Shown: one piece after another, positions 60,575 to 64,000 of the stretch
Layout of the letters: each line of letters opens with the position of its first letter
Position numbering within the stretch: the stretch's first letter is position 1
Assembly: GCA_965226795.1 (NCBI GenBank)
Contig: CBDDDZ010000002.1
Span: 480,001-544,000 of the forward strand
Reading direction: 5' to 3'
DNA length: 64,000 nt
Source: Candidatus Latescibacterota bacterium
Lineage (GTDB): Bacteria; Latescibacterota; UBA2968; GCA-2709665
Notes under the pieces: generated by a model
The model's input: only the letters and a program-made list of their open reading frames with translations
The model's database searches: none
What the model was told of the DNA's origin: nothing
Made by a program: the position numbers and the translations under genes

Positions 60575-60975
60575 CAGCATCAATATCCGTGGATCCCGCC
60601 CCTTCCGTAAAGTGAGGTGCCGCAACAGGCGACAGCGTGCGTTTTGGAATTGCGCGTTCGACCGCAAAACCCTATCCCCAAATTACTGGGACGGCTGATT
60701 CTCCGACTCAGGGTAAATGCGGCGAGCAGAATAACGAACGTACTTGCGACCGGAAGCCTCTTGTCTAGCTCGAATATATTTGAATATCGCTTTCACGTCG
60801 TAGCCAAACCGAGCCGCGTGTTCCTCCCGGACGGCCCGCACTTCGGTGATAAGCGGGTCAACCTGAAGTGTCGTCATGTATTCGAGTACTCCATTGCCAC
60901 CGAGTTTGCCGTCTCAAATGGCGACGGGGACGATGCTTCACAGGGCATTTTGGTTACAAAGATGTCAAACGGCAC
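60575..60975 (-). pseudogene. Decayed copy of the type ISP gene 3' end, split by a small ORF
   Basis: FDIF-NQNAL*SIVPVAI*DGKLGGNGVL (~60880-60975) and ERAIPKRTLSP..HFTE.A..ILML (~60575-60662) align by eye to 63365-63560. Confidence 0.65.
60683..60877 (-). CDS. Small protein of the family usually found next to PIN toxin genes (orphan antitoxin-like)
   Basis: DPLITEVRAVREEHAARFGYDVKAIF motif. Confidence 0.65.
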   Translation of the reverse strand: MTTLQVDPLITEVRAVREEHAARFGYDVKAIFKYIRARQEASGRKYVRYSARRIYPESENQPSQ

Positions 60976-61162
60976 ACTGCCTCGTTGGATCGCGTTCGGC
61001 TGCCAGTTATTGGTCGCCGCCGCAAACCAATCGCGGCATTCGCTTGCATTGTATAAAGAAGATGGCGCGAAGATCCATCAGCTTTTTCGGAATCGATGCC
61101 ATGGCACCAAGATCTTCTACGCCTTTATCCGCCACCATCAGCGTTTGACCAAAACTCGACCC

Positions 61163-62017
61163 TTAGTCGATTGACGCGTATAGGTCATCCGCAATTTCGT
61201 CCGTGGTCTTCAAGGACGTATTGAGAGCGACTATGTCAGCCAACATAGGACTGAATTGGGCTACCTCATCCTTTGAAATTTCGTGCCAAACCGGCAAGAT
61301 CCGTGCAGCGCCTTCGCCTTCGAGTGACAAAAGGCCATTAAGCTCTCTTTGAGGCCACTCCTTGTTGAAAAAGTGTCTTGACAATACAACAACTCCGAAG
61401 CGTGAATTCGCCAGCCCTCGATCAATCTCTCTACGCAAGCTGTCCCCAACCTTCAGAGTTAATTCGTCGTACCATACCCTTGCTCCTCTGGCTTGAAGCG
61501 CGTCTGCCAATCCGCGAACAAATGTATCCTTGTCTTCACCAGCGTGCGAGATAAAGAAGTCGTAGCTGACTTGCTGTGCTTCCGTGGAGGCGGTAGGGAT
61601 ACCCGACGTGTCGGCACGGTGCCGGATCTCACTCGAGATCTTTCTTTCGTTATCCTCGGGCTCGTGAATCAGCTGTTTTTGTGCGCCTGAAATTCTCTTG
61701 CGCTCTTTTTCGTCTTCGCGGGCCTGACGCTCCTGGTTAGAACTCAGGTTTTTGGACTTGGCAGCGATCTTGCCTGAGATTTCGGCACGTTTCTTCTGGA
61801 CGGTCGCGAGTTCCGCGGTTGAGCGCTCAATCTTCTTCAACTCATTCTGGAGGGCCGAGGCGCTATTTGCGCGAGACGCCGCTTGGTTTGCACGATTGAT
61901 CCCCGCATGAATATCGGCTTCTTTCTTGGTCTCCTTTGCCTCAGCCTTTCGGAGATCGGCGATTTCCTTGATTAACCGATTGATCTGGTTTGTGTAGTTC
62001 AATTCCGATTCCCCCAT
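61163..62017 (-). CDS. Coiled-coil + TIR domain protein
   Basis: YDFFISHAGEDK, VWYD, GDSLRREIDRGL, WPQRE catalytic Glu; alternative TTG start 62002. Confidence 0.88.
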   Translation of the reverse strand: MGESELNYTNQINRLIKEIADLRKAEAKETKKEADIHAGINRANQAASRANSASALQNELKKIERSTAELATVQKKRAEISGKIAAKSKNLSSNQERQAREDEKERKRISGAQKQLIHEPEDNERKISSEIRHRADTSGIPTASTEAQQVSYDFFISHAGEDKDTFVRGLADALQARGARVWYDELTLKVGDSLRREIDRGLANSRFGVVVLSRHFFNKEWPQRELNGLLSLEGEGAARILPVWHEISKDEVAQFSPMLADIVALNTSLKTTDEIADDLYASID

Positions 62018-62074
62018 ATAAATCGTTAAAAATGTGTTCCTTATCGTATACGGAATTCGCAACGGGCCGCCTGA

Positions 62075-62360
62075 GTTCCTCGAATTCGCCTCGCTATATT
62101 TGCAAAGCACAGCACTTCCGGGAGTGGCAGTGCCCCGCCCGATGTCGCGCTCACGGTAGAACAGCCGTATCGTTAGGAACTGATAGCCGCCGGGTTAGTA
62201 GGCCCAAATCTCGCCGGCGATGTTGCGCAATAAGGATCCTTAGTTCAGTTAAACGTCCTGCGACTGGGCGCCCAACTCGGGTATCGCCGCTCCCACTGTG
62301 GTGGGCTTGTCCTCAGTAAAGGCGCCTTTACACCGATCATTGACATGCCGGGACAACATC
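62075..62360 (-). pseudogene. Decayed copy of the type ISP gene 3' end
   Basis: LGAQSQDV*LN*GSLLRNIAGEIWAY*PGGYQFLTIRLFYRER...LPEVLCFANIARRIRG versus intact LGEATFDIYLNDKAFWRNIPAAIWNYKVGGYQVLKKWLSYRER...PEEVAYFAEVARRIAG. Confidence 0.8.
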
Positions 62361-62432
62361 GCATTGCCCAAACGATTGCGTTGGAATTCAGGTACTGATC
62401 GCAAGCATCGGCATCAGGTCTTTGTGGAAGGC

Positions 62433-63344
62433 TCAAGATCCACATTCTGACACCGTCGGACGCAATTTGGAAGGTTTTATCACCTCAAATATGTAATCGG
62501 CCAAGAAGATCGTATTCAAGCTGTTTTGCTGTGAAGAGTAGACAACCAAGCCGTGTATGGCCGCATGGCGATTTGGGACCGGGTTATTCTTGAGGCTTTC
62601 AAGGTGCTCTTCGCACTTGACATCTGTAAACAATCCGAAGATTAAGTCGTCACTCTCGGACACAGGTTCTTCTCCACGCTCGATTCTTTTCTTTTCTCGG
62701 ACGGCTTTTGTCAAATGTGCGAATATGGTAAGATCGTAGAGACCTCGATGAATAAATGCATCAATGGATTTGTCGTCATCGGTCAGCCTTTTGATAAACT
62801 TCCTGTATCCAATAGGTCCGATTCTGTTACCGAATAGTTCCTTGCGAAACACTCGTTCGATTTCTGGAAATAGGACACGGCATACGCACCGGTAAAGTCC
62901 GGCCTCGTGAGCATCGAGTGCTTCGCGAAGGGTCGCTTTCGCCTCTCTATCAACCCTGTAATGTGATATTCGGGCTTCTATTTTGGCACGGACATTCTGC
63001 CAGTTGCTCGTGTAGTAGTCATCGAGTTTGTTTCGGATCAATTCAGCGTCGTCGCCATATTCCGCGATATTATCGAATGGCGTTGTGTAGTGTGGCAACC
63101 AACCGGCCCTTCCAATAACCTCGCAACTAAGATTCCACTTCTGGAATTCGACAATTACGTTTGCTATCTGAGAAGCATGACTTTTCAGAAAATGACACCA
63201 CGCTCGCAATAGCGGCTCGATCTGGCGGCTCATTTCTTTAAGGATGCCGGAGGTAACCAACCACTTTTTGAACCCGTCTGCAAACCCATCGGAGTCAAGA
63301 AATGCTCGAACTTCCTCGGGACTATTGAATTTTCCCCCGTACAT
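62433..63344 (-). CDS. Hypothetical protein with C-terminal HEPN-like motif
   Basis: LFPEIER...PNRHAAIHG; starts 5 nt after the ISP stop. Confidence 0.65.
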   Translation of the reverse strand: MYGGKFNSPEEVRAFLDSDGFADGFKKWLVTSGILKEMSRQIEPLLRAWCHFLKSHASQIANVIVEFQKWNLSCEVIGRAGWLPHYTTPFDNIAEYGDDAELIRNKLDDYYTSNWQNVRAKIEARISHYRVDREAKATLREALDAHEAGLYRCVCRVLFPEIERVFRKELFGNRIGPIGYRKFIKRLTDDDKSIDAFIHRGLYDLTIFAHLTKAVREKKRIERGEEPVSESDDLIFGLFTDVKCEEHLESLKNNPVPNRHAAIHGLVVYSSQQNSLNTIFLADYIFEVIKPSKLRPTVSECGS

Positions 63345-63349
63345 CAGAA

Positions 63350-64000
63350 TTACTCCTCGCTTCTTCCCGTCAACATAAGTATCCCCGCGATCCTCCTCGC
63401 CACCTCCGCAAAGTACGCCACCTCCTCGGGCTTGAGCGTCCGTCCGAGCACCTTCCGTTCGCGATAGGATAGCCATTTCTTGAGCACCTGGTAACCGCCG
63501 ACTTTGTAGTTCCAGATTGCGGCTGGGATGTTGCGCCAGAAAGCTTTGTCGTTCAGGTAAATGTCAAATGTGGCTTCGCCCAGTATAGACATCGCTACCC
63601 CAAGGTCTCTCCTTTCCTCCGCCGTGTACTTTCGTTGTTTGACGCGGCCCTTGCCCGGCATCACGGGCTTGTCCGAGCCATAGCGCCCCCGACCCCACCC
63701 GGCGGTAACCGCGAAGTCTTGGTCCGACAAATTACGATTATCGACAGTAGAAGGTTCGGCAATAGCCGCGAATTCTCGTTGCAGTGTGCCCTCGGTCACA
63801 CCTGGAACGGCCTTACTGGTGTCGAGTAGCCGTGCCAATTCGCGGCCCCTCGTCGCAGATGCTTTGAGGGACTCCCCCTCTGTGCCTTCAGTCTTGCCAT
63901 CGGGCCACCCCGGAAGAGGAACGCGAGGCCATTCCATCCTCAACGCGCCAGCATTGGCCTCCCGGTAAGCGGGATCGTGAAGAGTGGCAAGGACATGATG
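63350..64000 (-). CDS. Type ISP restriction-modification enzyme, C-terminal part (runs off window)
   Basis: LHDPAYREANAGALRMEWPRVPLP, WNYKVGGYQVLKKWLSYRE. Confidence 0.85.
   Translation of the reverse strand, partial: HHVLATLHDPAYREANAGALRMEWPRVPLPGWPDGKTEGTEGESLKASATRGRELARLLDTSKAVPGVTEGTLQREFAAIAEPSTVDNRNLSDQDFAVTAGWGRGRYGSDKPVMPGKGRVKQRKYTAEERRDLGVAMSILGEATFDIYLNDKAFWRNIPAAIWNYKVGGYQVLKKWLSYRERKVLGRTLKPEEVAYFAEVARRIAGILMLTGRSEE

Overview
64 kb of a GC-rich diderm bacterial genome (lnt, TonB-dependent receptor, PQQ-type beta-propellers, many sugar-acid enzymes; phylum not determinable from this window). Core and catabolic genes (TrmJ-like methyltransferase, bioF, rfbB/rfbC, uvrA, tRNA-Arg(UCG), hemL, two catabolic clusters) alternate with two visibly lower-GC defence islands. 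Island 1 (~8.2-17.9 kb) is a type III R-M locus with an ABC-ATPase + PIN-like pair between mod and res, followed by a GTPase + 2-TM pair. Island 2 (~50.3-64 kb) has a TA remnant, three HEPN-like genes (one split by an IS), two DUF5131 genes + TcmP, a proteasome-beta-like protein with a small partner, a TIR protein and the 3' end of a type ISP R-M gene. Highlights: (1) unannotated, decayed copies of the type ISP gene 3' end lie upstream of the second and third cargo genes, suggesting a cassette-accreting defence array; (2) a single-ORF Lnt-TatC fusion; (3) the proteasome-beta-like two-gene module; (4) the ATPase-PIN pair inside the type III R-M operon. All family calls come from motif recognition by eye; no searches were run.
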